Part shown: positions 1 to 12,414 of the stretch, one piece after another | How positions within the stretch are numbered: the first letter of the stretch is position 1 | Layout: each line of letters opens with the position of its first letter | DNA from: Octopus vulgaris | Taxonomy: Eukaryota | DNA length: 64,000 nucleotides | Assembly: GCA_951406725.2 (NCBI GenBank) | Contig: OX597830.1 | Location: forward strand, 71,796,001 to 71,860,000 | Direction: 5' to 3' | Translations under genes and position numbers: made by a program | Notes under the pieces: generated by a model | What the model was told of the DNA's origin: nothing | The model's input: the letters and a program-made list of their open reading frames with translations, nothing else | The model's database searches: none

Positions 1-99
1 CAAGATTAATTAACTGAATAAATAATTAACGCTGAAATTAATTAGCCATGCCAATCTGTAATATACTTAACTTCGAAACAATAGAACTCCGTTAATGGT

Positions 100-520
100 T
101 TTTCCTGGAATAAGGTCGGCAGTTTATCGTGTCAAATGTCATAATTATCGCTTACTCTACGCCGGTATACAAGACTTTTCTTCCACTACAAGCCTTACTC
201 AAAGATGTTGCAAAGTTTAATGATGTCTTTGGAATAGAAATATTTTAACTATTCTTTTATTTAGATCATTTTGCTATCCACATTCGCTTATCGATTGATT
301 GTTGTCACACCCACTTTACTTTCTTTGATTTTGTTAATCCTGGTTAGATATTTCATTTGTTGATTAATCAACATATTACTGTTCACATGTTTCTTTCTTT
401 AGCCTGATGAGTTGGGAGTTATGTAACACGTAACTTTATTTTATGGAGACTGTATATCTCATTGCATTATTCTTACGCCGCAATAATGATTCTTAACGAA
501 GCAACTGTAACAACACCAGA
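100..520 (+). mobile_element. Degraded Penelope-like element 3' remnant (GIY-YIG fragment plus hammerhead-like motif)
   Basis: 104-166 translates PGIRSAVYRVKCHNYRLLYAG, resembling the PLE GIY-YIG 'VY.I.C..C...YxG'; CTGATGA at 404-410 with GTTGGGA/TCTTAAC stem and GAAG-CAACTG-TA at 498-509. Confidence 0.45.
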
Positions 521-538
521 TAATCCATTCGTCTGTTT

Positions 539-576
<38 letters not shown>

Positions 577-844
577 CAAAACAAAAATCCAATACAAGGA
601 AAACAGTCTCCTCTATAGGGATGAAATCATCCAGCGTTTCACTGGTTTGGCGGCTTAATACCCCAAAAAGCAGAGAAAATCTTTGCCACAATTCAAATGG
701 GTATATATTCAATATACGAAAATGAAAAGATAATGGAGATATATGTCGATCGTAAATCTCCATTTTCTTTTTGTTTTTGTATATATATACTACAAGCACA
801 TATACACATATACATACATGCACACACATATATATGCATAGCTA

Positions 845-1075
845 TTTGTGTTTCTTTGTTTGTCCTCTACCATGGCTTGTCAACCAATGTTGGTTTGTTT
901 ACATATCCGTAACAGAAAGGTTCAATAAAAGAATGAAAGAAACTGATAGAATAAGTACGAGGCTTCTAAAAAATAAAAGTACTGGGATCGATTTGTTTGA
1001 CTAAAAAACCCGGCAATGCTGTTCCCCAGTAAAGCTGCAGTCCAATGGCTGAAGCAAGCATGGGATACAAGTAAA
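845..1075 (+). mobile_element. SINE family A, degenerate 3' half
   Basis: Similar to the 3' half of 2636-3064 (gatagaataagtac...gatcgatttg...cagtccaatggctgaagcaag). Confidence 0.7.
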
Positions 1076-1425
1076 AAATTCAAAGAATATTGAGTTGAGA
1101 ACGCAGAGACAAAAAAAAATGGAAAATTTCGAAAGAAGCGGTAAAGACATGGATTAGAGAGGAATTAAGTGAACTAGATTGACTAGACAATAAACCCTAA
1201 TTACTATAACATTTAGACAATTAGATATCTGCTAATGATTGCAATAAAGACAATTCTTAACTACATCACTCCAGGGATACTATTTGTAATTCTACACGTC
1301 TTCCAGATTTTTTGAACTGACTGCAGAAGAACCTGTGATTCTTGGTAAACGAATAAAAAAAAAAAAATAATAATAATGAAAAAAAGAAAATAGAGTTAAT
1401 GTAATATAATATAGTAGGACCTTAC

Positions 1426-1470
1426 CATTAGGGTCCAACTGTGACTCGTGAAAGTCAAAGCTATAAAACG
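1426..1470 (-). CDS. Putative short coding exon of an unidentified minus-strand gene
   Basis: Minus strand: ttcactttag|CG (1470) or ttttatag|C (1460) acceptor and AATG|gtaagg donor at 1426; open frame (AFYS)FDFHESQLDPN is phase-compatible with the exon ending at 41629. Confidence 0.45.
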
Positions 1471-1555
1471 CTAAAGTGAATTGAAATAATTATTCTCATA
1501 AATCAATTTATCACACTTTCGGATTTATACTCCATTCATCCGTTTATTTCAAGTG

Positions 1556-1603
1556 ATTATTATTATTATTATTATTATTACAATTATTATAATTATTGTT
1601 GTC

Positions 1604-1645
<42 letters not shown>

Positions 1646-1652
1646 ATTATTA

Positions 1653-1693
<41 letters not shown>

Positions 1694-1727
1694 GTTATTA
1701 TTATTATTATTATCATTATTATTATTG
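1556..1727. repeat. (ATT)n microsatellite
   Basis: Directly visible. Confidence 0.95.
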
Positions 1728-1940
1728 GTGTGTTGACATGAAAACAAATATGAAAAACACACAGTTTGTCTGTCTGACTGAACACCTTTTTCTCTCATTT
1801 TATTTCTTTCTCTCTCCTTCTCTCTCTCTCTATCTATCTCCCTCATTCTCTTTGTGTCTCTCTTATTCAAGCATATTCATAACTACAGACACGCATAAAC
1901 ACACGCGCGCACACATGCACATACACTGAGACCCTGATGC

Positions 1941-2214
<274 letters not shown>

Positions 2215-2635
2215 CATAGAGAGAAACAAAGACCGATTCAGAGAGAGAGAGGGGGGAAAGAGGGATGGAAAACTGTCGCACTTTCCGGAGTAGAAGTCGG
2301 ATTTTATAAACGAAAATTTACAGCCTAAATTGGTAGATCGATTTATACAGGAAAACCTTTTGTGTATCAAAATCCCATGTGAAATGCAACAGGATTTGGA
2401 AATTTTGTGACGATATCTGATTGTTTGTACTACATGTCTCCACTACATGTTTTCACAATCCAACTTAGAATACCGAATAGCGCCTAAATAACCTTGAGAG
2501 ATCCTCTCATATACACTATATTTTCCGACGTACGTGCGACTAATATTTCGGAAAATATATTATAGTATAAAGTTTTTGATAATGTACGATATGTCTCACA
2601 AACCTGATGATTTAGATAAATATTACATGAAATGT

Positions 2636-3064
2636 AGCGCAGGAATGGCTGTGTGGTAAGTAGTTTGCTTACCAACAACATGGTTCCGGGTTCAGTCCCA
2701 CTGCGTGGCACCTTGGGCAAGTGTCTTCTGCCAGAGCCCCGGGCCGACCAATGCCTTGTGAGTGGATTTGGTAGACGGAAACTGAAAGAAGCCTGTCGTA
2801 TATATGTGTGTGTATATATATGTATGTATGTATGTGTGTGTATATGTTTGTGTGTCTGTGTTTGTCCCCCTAGCATTGCTTGACAACCGATGCTGGTGTG
2901 TTTACGTCCCCGTCACTTAGCGGTTCGGCAAAAGAGACCGATAGAATAAGTACTGGGCTTACAAAGAATAAGTCCCGGGGTCGATTTGCTCGACTAAAGG
3001 CGGTGCTCCAGCATGGCCGCAGTCAAATGACTGAAACAAGTAAAAGAGTAATGAGTAAAGAGTA
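2636..3064 (+). mobile_element. tRNA-derived SINE family A, full length, with internal TA/TG microsatellite
   Basis: A-box-like TGGCTGTGTGGT, B-box-like GGTTCAGTCCC, CORE-like caccttgggcaagt, (GTAAAAGA)-type tail; many copies in window. Confidence 0.9.
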
Positions 3065-3258
3065 ATAGAAGAGGTTCGATTTGCGAGGTGTTGGTCTTTG
3101 TTAAAGTGGAACGTTGTATATGTATGAGTCCGATAGTAAAGAAATTGGTACGAGGTGTGGGAAAATATACTTAGAAAGAAAGAAATCATCATTTATTAAT
3201 GGTTGTTAGTAGAAGCTGTAGTTTGGAATGTCTCAATACATGTGGTGGCATACTTTAA

Positions 3259-3480
3259 CCCATTCGTTGCTGTATCTATTTTGAGATGCTGTGTGTTTCT
3301 TTCAACTAATTTTAGATATAACAAAGAATTTAGTAAAATAACTTAGTTATCATTAAGCTAGTGTTAGGAACATAAATTTTGGCTAAGGTTTGGTGGAAGA
3401 TTTTAAATTAAAACCTATCAAAACAAGACATTTGTATTATAGAGCCAGGAACGGTTTCAGCGAGGTTGGTAACGAAAGGG
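3259..3480 (+). mobile_element. piggyBac-type MITE
   Basis: TTAA|CCCATTCGTTGC ... GGTAACGAAAGGG|TGTA termini; related end at 58893-59039. Confidence 0.65.
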
Positions 3481-4624
3481 TGTATGAATTAGGGTAAACA
3501 ATGACTATGCTGTTATAGTGTTTTGCTCTTGGTCATGGTGGTGTTGGTCTGTTGATGGTGCAGGTGTTGGTATTTTTGTTCTTGTAGTAAGTAGTTCTGG
3601 TGATGTGTGTAGTGGTACTATCTTGTTTGTAGTAGAGGTAGTGCAGTTGGTGGCGGTAATGTTTTTTCTGTAATTTTTGTTGTTGTTGATGGCGGTGGTG
3701 GCAGCGGTGTAACTGATGGTCGTGTTGGCGGTTATAGTGTGCAGCGATGCACTATAAGGGAAATATCGGTTTTCTATGCGCAAAGTGCATTAATATACCT
3801 TGATTTCTACGAGCCGAAAATGTAATCTCTATGTATTCTCTTGAATTGCTTGAAATAACTTGACAAAGCATCTTTAGATCATTTCCTATTATCTTGAAAA
3901 AATAAAATGATTACAGTGAGTATTGTTGTTTTGATATTCTATGGCTATAAAGCACAACGGCTCCTTTGATCATAATTCGAGCAGATTCCATTTGGACCTT
4001 TAAAAAAAAAAGGTTCCTTCTTTGATTTGGTCCTTTTAACTAGCGATTAGCTTTATATCGTTTTATGCTTCATTACGTTCTAGAGATTGAAGTAATGCGG
4101 TGAGCTGGCAAGATCGCTTGTCGGACGAAATACTTATCGGCAATAACTTAGGGCACTAGCGTCGATGCAATTGACTAACTTTCTCTCTCAAAATTTCAGG
4201 CCTTCTGCATACAATTAAAAGGATTATATATTGAGGTAGCCACAATAGCAAATATGCTTAGAACCTTCCTTGCTTTGAATTCTTCGCTCCATATACGAAT
4301 TCTTCACGCCATATACGTCACGTACATTTTATATTTTCAATATTTACCTCATTACCAATGTTAAATTCGAATGTATAGTCCTGACCATCGTGCATCTCTA
4401 AATATCAAAATTAGATAGGAAGGCGAATGGGAAGGATCACTTGAGCATATATGTTCATAATCAGTGTTGACCTGTAGCTAAATAATGGTAATATTTGTAT
4501 TCTATTACAAGCATAGGGTGGATTTGTTAGGCATAATTAAATGGCATTTTACTTACATTTAAGTTGCCTGTAATAAAAGGGTAATGTTACGGAACATTAT
4601 AATATTTTCCGTTTAAATTTTACG

Positions 4625-4990
4625 TGTTCCAGTCACTGGATTGCAGCCATAGTGGGGCACCACCTTGAAAGGTTTCAGTCGAAAAGTTGGGTACTTATTC
4701 TACCGATATCTTTTGACGAATCGCTAGGTTAAGAGGACATAAACAAACCGAACCGTGTCAAGCGATGGTGTAGGACACATACAACACAAACACACTCATA
4801 CGCACGTACAAACACAACAACAACGCACACACACACGCACGCACACGCACATACATGTCGGTTGCCGTCTATTAAATCCATTTACAACACTTTGGTTCGC
4901 CTGGGGCTAGAGTAGAAGATACTAGTCCAAGGTGATATGCAAATCATATGATTTGGAAGCAAGCTTCGTAACGCACAGCCACGCCTGCGT
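4625..4990 (-). mobile_element. SINE family A, old diverged copy
   Basis: Reverse-complement similarity to family A along its length. Confidence 0.7.
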
Positions 4991-5904
4991 CTTTGTGAAC
5001 CCTGATTCCAAAAGCTAGTTGTCTCTTATCCAATGTAATCGTATTGTAAGAAAAAGATGATCATATGTTTTACATTCAAATATCGACACCAGATTTGTTT
5101 AATCATTTAATCAATTAATGCGGCCGAGTAAAAACTTAATACCCTATGCAGAAAAGAGAAAAGACAAATAATTTTTTTCTATAAAGGTTTTCAGAAACAT
5201 TTTTGTAGCCTCATGAAATGAAAAGTTTTATTTCAGGTTGGTAAATACTTGAGCATGAATTGTAGTGGTAATCTTTGTAATCTTTTGAAAACGAAATTCA
5301 AGATATTGTCCCATGCAGCTTGGTAGTGTTTCTACAATGGAAGAAAATGTTGTCATTCAGTTTCTGGATGGTCTCTACAAGAACAGAATGGTTATTCCAT
5401 ACAACCTGTTCTGTTCGGGACTGAATATAATCTAAGGGAATACGATCGATTGTATCTAACAGAAATATTGTTTATGTATATTGAACAGTATTTTACATTT
5501 CATACATATTTTACATTTCATACATAAACTTGTATTTTAAATTATCTATTTCATATTTACAGTAATCCCGTTTGGGTTTTCGTCTCATTACTTTAATTTA
5601 CTTGGTATATTAACGCTCATTTTAGATATAATGGAAGATGCTACAAATGTGTTCACTATATACCCTATGACGATTACAGTCTCAAGAAAAATATATTGAC
5701 CTGACGAGATCCCCAAGTGCAACATATAGCAAGTTTTAATAGATAAAATAATGGTTTTTAAGTATATCTAACAAACCTTTTAGCGACCAGTGATATTTTC
5801 AATTTTGTCATTGACTTCCCATAAGAGCGTTGTATTCGAAATATCAAGAATTATTAACAATAGCCATCATAGACTTTGGATAGTGTAAAACTTATATTTT
5901 CAAT

Positions 5905-6125
5905 AAGGACTCGAACAATAACAAGCTTCTTGAAAAAGGACCAGTCAACCACCTCCTCACTAACTTCCTTTGCTAAGTATGTAATCAATGCTGATGACAT
6001 TTATATTGTGACGACTCAACAGAATTCGGGAGCTCCCGCAAGTTCTACGCATTCTGTCTGGGTATAAATACCAAACAGAACTTGACTATCGACATATCGC
6101 ATTCCTTTCGAAGTAATTCTTGCTA
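5905..6125. repeat. Unclassified ~220-bp sequence with an inverted homolog at 11565-11790
   Basis: agaattacttcgaaaggaatgYgatatgtcgatagt...aagaagcttgtta shared in opposite orientation. Confidence 0.85.
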
Positions 6126-6634
6126 AGTACCGCTCTCAATCACTTAACATTGCAAATACATAGATAGATAAAACGGTCGATTGGGAAAAATTCTTAGAGC
6201 GTCACACAAATATCTTCAAGTATTTGGTTACGTTACTCAGTATCAGGAGTTCTATTCCCGCCAAATTCTACTCTGCACCCGATCGGGGTCGATTTTATCA
6301 ACTTTTCCAAACATCCAAAACGTTTGATATCGTACAGCTGTATGTAAGATAATGATTATCGATACGTCCGGCTGATATGAATTCCAAATGATTTATCAAT
6401 CTTTAAATCGATGGCATATTATAACTCCAATTACTATCCAGAAAATTATGATCCGCTTTATACTCATAAAAAGCAATACAAGATGCTTTCGTCAATTACA
6501 TGATGACCAGAATAATATATTTACAAATCTAGTATGACCACTATTTATTCAGTGCATAAAAGTATTCACGAAGGAAAACACATGCATACATATATATACA
6601 TACATACATGCATACACCATGCATGCACACGATG

Positions 6635-6800
6635 ATCCGTTGTGCTCTTGACCAAACACTTTATTTCTTGTTACTGAAGACCAACTGGGCTGGTAAAAAT
6701 GAGTAATCATGCCACGGACTGGCTTTTTGTCCGATGGGGGGGAAATAAGCGGCACAGTGTGCGGGAAACTATCGTTGTAAACCTACGACTAAGAAAGGAG
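6635..6800 (+). mobile_element. Degenerate CORE/V-type SINE fragment
   Basis: Similar to 10700-10955 (ttgtgctcttgaccaaacact...aaaatgagtaa...ggactggc). Confidence 0.55.
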
Positions 6801-7441
6801 TTCTGACACACGCATATTGTGTGTGTATGTGTATCTTCGTATGTATGAATACATATTTGGTGGGTATATGTGCGTCGTGTATACATGTATTATAAAAAAT
6901 ATACACATATATACGTGTATGTATATAGAGAGAGAGGGAGAGAGAAAAAGGGAGAGAGAGAGATAAAGAGAGAGAGGTAGAGAGGTACACCAGTTCATAT
7001 ATCATCTTTGGCTTTAGAAGATGTCTACATCATTCTCTGTAATTTTACAAGGAAAGGGTACAAATTATAGAAGCACGAATATTTCTGTTGACCTTTCACT
7101 TCCAAATAACATACATAATACTTTATTTCTTATTATTCTTAACACTTAAACGAATGCTTATTCAGATTCTAAAATTTGCGAAGCATTGAAAAATATGCTA
7201 TTAATTTTTTGCTATTCATCAAAAACCAGACATCTTGGATGTTTATCAGAATTGATGAGTAGACAATGATATTGTCTATATTCTCACATTGTTAAACTCT
7301 AGATAAACCATACCGTATCAACAGAAATCCTACACCTTTCACCTATGCTCTCACACATCCAACTACACTTACTCATGTATAGAACGCACAGGCACACATA
7401 TGTACAGATACATATACAGGCATATATACCTACATATGCAC

Positions 7442-7535
<94 letters not shown>

Positions 7536-7538
<3 letters not shown>

Positions 7539-7697
7539 CGCAGGAGTGGCTGTGTGGAAAGTAGCTTTCTTACTGACCGCACGGTTCCGGGTTCGGTCGC
7601 ACTGCGTGGCACCTTCGGCGAGTGTTTTCTTCTATAGCCTGAACCGACCAAAGCCTGGTGAATGGATTTGGTTGGCGGAAACTGAAAAAAGCATGTC

Positions 7698-7700
<3 letters not shown>
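7536..7700 (+). mobile_element. SINE family A, 5' half ending at its internal (TA)n
   Basis: aggcgcaggagtggctgtgtgg...gaaactgaaaaaagcatgtcgta. Confidence 0.85.
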
Positions 7701-7736
<36 letters not shown>

Positions 7737-7737
<1 letters not shown>

Positions 7738-7881
7738 TTTATTTAAAGCACCAGAAAATTCAACAAAACCTGTTACTCTGAGTTTCCCGTTGCCGTCTGT
7801 CCGATGAACGGCATATTACTCTACCACTGGTATTTAAGTACTCTTTTTTTCCACCTTGTTTCACATTTATGTGTTTACTCC

Positions 7882-7883
<2 letters not shown>
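7737..7883. mobile_element. (TA)n-embedded Penelope-like terminal fragment with a rearranged hammerhead
   Basis: Flanked by TA arrays; hammerhead 5' half CTGT-CCGATGA-ACGGCA on + (7797-7813), 3' half ACGGCAACGG-GAAA-CTCAGAG-TA-ACAGG on - (7769-7796). Confidence 0.6.
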
Positions 7884-7976
<93 letters not shown>

Positions 7977-8002
7977 GTATGTATGTATGTATGTACGTTT
8001 AG

Positions 8003-8662
8003 GTGTTCATTTTGCAAGATTCTTGATGAGAACTCATGTGGTGAAATAGCTATTGTATTTGGGGATGGTCATGTTGCCAACTTATCCAATGAAAACACAC
8101 GCACTACTTATCTGGTATTCACTTGCCTCAGGTTTATTTCATATTAATTCTCTTTCGTCCAGAGTTCTATCGTCACACTTCTCTGACCTCATCAGTGTTT
8201 TTCCTTCCTAACAAAATAGAAGATCGTTAGGAAGGAGAGACACAAAAAAGAAAGAAGAAAGTAAAAGAGCACTGATGAATTCACAGAAGTGTGACGAAAG
8301 AACATTGGCCGATATAGAATTAATATGAAATAAAGCTGAGGCAAGTGAACGCCAAATGTATAGTCCCTGTGTTTACATTGGCCAAACTGGCAACATTCCC
8401 ATCCCTGCGCCTCTTATAATAACACAATAATATCATTTATAAAAATATATATCTTTATACTGTTATACTTGGGGATGGTAATATTTTGCTAATTAAGCAC
8501 ACGCTTTAAAATAATAATTATTATGTTAGTTATTCTGTCAAAGTTCTTTCGTCATACATCCTGTGAAATCTTCAACGACTCTCTGTCCCACGGATTTCTT
8601 CTTAGTCTGCTTATTCCATGAATCAACACACGATTTCACATCAAGAATTTTGCAAAACAAGT
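8003..8662. mobile_element. Compound inverted-repeat locus with hammerhead-like motifs (Penelope-like terminal repeats)
   Basis: 8061-8212 is inverted at 8226-8405; third partial copy 8469-8575; 8003-8045 is inverted at ~8620-8662; CTGATGA...GTGAC-GAAA at 8272-8299. Confidence 0.6.
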
Positions 8663-8714
8663 ACATTAACGTAATATTTATTTATTTATTATTATTATTA
8701 TTATTATTCAGTAG

Positions 8715-8768
<54 letters not shown>

Positions 8769-8771
<3 letters not shown>

Positions 8772-9068
8772 TAGTTTTATTTTTATAGCGTGCTTTCACT
8801 TCACTACCGAGCACAGCTCTGTGTGCCTTGGGTTTGTGCTGTGATTTGTTGTGATGCTCTCATGGTTATTGTATGGAAAGTGTTTTGCGTAGGATGTGTG
8901 CAGTGCCTAGTAGTGCAATTTTCTGTATGTTATATGTGTTTGTAAGTCCTGGTGTTTTTGTTATGTATTTGTCTGAATATTTTTTTATCATGCCTAATGC
9001 ACCTACTATGCATTAGGCATGATAAAAAAATATTCAGACAAATACATAACAAAAACACCAGGACTTAC
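8769..9068 (-). mobile_element. 5'-truncated R4/Dong-clade non-LTR retrotransposon in (AAT)n
   Basis: Minus strand encodes IVGALGMIKKYSDKYITKTPGLTNTYNIQKIALLGTAHILRKTLSIQ*, the C-terminus of restriction-like-endonuclease R4/Dong elements; AAT arrays on both sides. Confidence 0.85.
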
Positions 9069-9158
<90 letters not shown>

Positions 9159-9160
9159 TA
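9069..9160. repeat. (TAT)n microsatellite
   Basis: Directly visible; partner array 8686-8768. Confidence 0.95.
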
Positions 9161-9169
9161 AGCTCAAAA

Positions 9170-9360
9170 CCTGTTAGCGCGCTAGAGAAAATGCTTGGCG
9201 GCATTTCTTCCGACTTTACGTTCTGAGTTTAAATTCCACCGAGGTTTGACATTGCCGTTCGTCTTTTCGGGGTCGATGAAATAAGTACCGCTCTGGTTGA
9301 TATAATCGACTTATCTCCTAACACGAAAGTGTTGTCCTTGTGCCAAAAACTGAAACCGTT
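9170..9360 (+). mobile_element. SINE family B, degenerate
   Basis: tacgttctgagtttaaattccaccgagg...tttcggggtcgatgaaataagtacc. Confidence 0.75.
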
Positions 9361-9893
9361 ATTACTAGATACAAGCATTTCACTTCTGCCAAAAAGCCGT
9401 ACTGTATATTAACGTCTCCGCCTTTCCTAATCAGTTAATATTAGGAATAACACAGTAAATTTCAAGCACATGGTAATTATGATATACAGAGAATTAAAAG
9501 ATTCAACAAACACGGTAATTAACGAAAGAAAATGAAACTTGGTATTGCTTAACTATAGCTGATTATGTGTATAATTATATACGAGAGAGAACTACATTAA
9601 AACTTAAATAGCAAAAGTTGCACAAAATATTGGAGTTATAAACAAATATTACGCAGATGTAAAGAGTGTATTATCTAAATGGGATAAATTTAGCAGGGAA
9701 TTCAAAGATATAAATAATTTCCATTTCTGATTATTGTACAGAAATGTTAAGACAGGTGGAGATAGTTTGACACCACTAAAACTTAAATCTGGTTATACAC
9801 TCATAAAAATGATTTTATATTATATATGCGTGTGTATACATACATACATACATATACATATATATAAATAAATATATATATATATATACATAT

Positions 9894-9967
<74 letters not shown>

Positions 9968-10699
9968 ATATGTATATATATATATATACATATATATATT
10001 TATGTATATATATATATATATATACGTATGTATGTATATACAGAAGATATAAATATCACAAATGAAGTAACCTACACACACACGCATACACACACACAGA
10101 CAGACAGACACATATATGCTAATGTTACGTCAGCAAACGTGCGAATGCGCAAAAGAAAAAAAGATTGATAATGAAGTATGGATTCTTGACTTCATATTAA
10201 TAACTGAGTGTTTTTCTTTCTATGATATCACAAAAATAGAAAAGTACGGATGACTTCGCATACGCACCTAAACGATGTAACATCCATCGATTTCGTAAAT
10301 GTTAAACAAGAATATACGCAAGCTATATCAATGAACATTGCAGTATTTAGGGATTAGATTGCAGCAGTGTAACGACATTATGTGAGATTCAGGCCTGGAT
10401 GCTTGTGGGGTGTAACGAAATAGACGAGAGGAACAAAGCCAGTTGGCTTACTAAATTTAGTGAACTGTTTCCATGCTAAGATATGCTAAATTTGGCTGCA
10501 AGATTCAAGCGGAAAGCCTTTTCTCTGAGAACGGCTGAATGATGATATGAAGACTGTTACCTTGTTTTCCAAACTGATGTACCATAATTTTTCGTCGCGA
10601 ATTCTATGCCAAATGTTGGATTTTACCCTTATATCATTATTATTTTTTTTAATAACTCTTTTGATTTTATTTCCTTTTTATTTGCGCATTGCTGTCTCG

Positions 10700-10955
10700 T
10701 AGAGGCGCGTAGCTTAGTGGTTAGGGTGTCAGCATCATGATCGCAAGATTGTGATTTCGATTCCTGAACCGGGCGACGCGTTGTGTTCTTGAGCAAAACA
10801 CTTCATTTCACGCTGCTCCAAGTCCACTCAGCTGACAAAAATGTGTAACGCTGCGATGGACTGGCGTCCCAACCAGCTTGGGACCACATACGTCATGGAA
10901 ACCGGGAAACCGGGCCCATGAGCCTGGCTAGGCTTTAAAAAGGGTGCATTTATTT
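10700..10955 (+). mobile_element. tRNA-derived SINE with CORE-like and V-domain-like segments
   Basis: A box TAGCTTAGTGG, B box TTTCGATTCC, ttcttgagcaaaacactt, ctgcgatggactggcgtccc...gaaaccggg, (TTTA)n tail. Confidence 0.8.
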
Positions 10956-11388
10956 ATTTTTATTTATTGCCACCACATTTACAGTATTTTATGGTTATCA
11001 GTTCAATCGGGTATTTAATTATTTCGTTCTAATTCATTTAATTATATCCTCAAATATTTTATTACTATCTTTTATTTTCTAACTACTACTACTACTACTA
11101 CTAGTAGTAGTAGTAGTAGTTGTTGTTGTTGTTGTTGTTGTTTGTTTGTTTGTTTTGTTGCGTAGCTGTAAGTCAAAACTGATAAGACCATGGCAACAAA
11201 CGTCCTGCAATTTTTTCCACCAAAAGTGTACCAAGGACTGCATCATCTGATTTGTCTCTTTTCAAGACAATTTTACGCTGGATTTGTTTTCTATTTCTAG
11301 CATTCTGTCGGGCCACGTAGTTCGGTCTGCTTTGGTTTGGTTTTCCTGTGAGTATTTCTATTGTAGAATTTAGTGTGTATATATATAA

Positions 11389-11421
<33 letters not shown>

Positions 11422-11564
11422 TAGACATTAAAATTCGGAACCAATCACACGATAGAGAAGCGAAAACATAAACAAATGTTAAAGTATTTTAGAGAAAGAA
11501 TGAACCAGAAGAATTTCAAGGGGACTGTGTGGCGTTCATTTTATATTGTCTTGAGAATAACTGT

Positions 11565-11790
11565 TACTAGAATTACTTCGAAAGGAATGTGATATGTCGA
11601 TAGTTAAATTCTGTTCGGTATTTATACCTAGTAAGAATGTATAGGCTTTGCGGGAACTCCTGCATTCTCGGAGTGTCGTCAAGATATAAATGTCATATGC
11701 ACTGAGTATATACATAACAAAGGAAGCTAATGAGGGGACGGTTGTTTCGTCCTTTTCAATAAGAAGCTTGTTAGTGTTTGTACCATTATT
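11565..11790. repeat. Second copy of the unclassified ~220-bp sequence
   Basis: Inverted homolog of 5905-6125. Confidence 0.85.
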
Positions 11791-11998
11791 GATTTCGAAT
11801 CGTGGCACAAGGCTAACAATTTCGGGGGAGGAGCTCAATCGATTGCATCGACACCATTGCTCAAATGGTACTTATTTTATCGACCCCGAAGGACGGAAGA
11901 CAAAGTCGACCTCTGCGGAATTTGAACTCAGAACGTAAAGACGGACAAAATATTGCTAAGCATTTTGTCCTGTGTACTACAGATTCTACAAGCTCGCT
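11790..11998 (-). mobile_element. SINE family B, older subfamily
   Basis: ggtacttattttatcgaccccgaagg...cggaatttgaactcagaacgta. Confidence 0.8.
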
Positions 11999-12028
11999 TC
12001 TCTTACGTTCGAGCGATTATTGAAAATA

Positions 12029-12414
12029 TCTCTCTCTATATAAACGGCAGTTTGTCTGTGTGTGTTTCTGTGTGTCTGTTTGCTTGTACCCTCACCCTGA
12101 CCACGGCTTTCAACCGATTCTGATGAAACTTGACACACACATAGCCCAATGTCATAATTCAAAACTAACGCAGCGAAAATTTTGAAAAGTTCCCCCAGTT
12201 CTGAAAAAAATCGATAAATTCGACATGGGGTCGACAATCAGAAACACGAACCACAGACTATCTAGGGGACGCAACTCAACCTTTTTTAACTCTCAAAAAA
12301 AAATTTACCATCATTTTTTTTCCATTTTTTTGCTATGTTTTGGCTATAACTCTCTAAAAATGCTTTATAGTTATTTCCCTTACAAACCTGAGCAACGCCG
12401 GGCGATACTGCTAG
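12029..12414 (+). mobile_element. Non-autonomous Helitron
   Basis: A|TC start, subterminal hairpin CCTGAGCAACGCCGGG, CTAG|T end, no TSD. Confidence 0.85.

Noticed and set aside
5200-5440. Minus-strand PFCSCRDHPETE..HFL, like a LINE zinc knuckle; similar LFLEC trace at ~63200
   Set aside because: Too degraded to support a call
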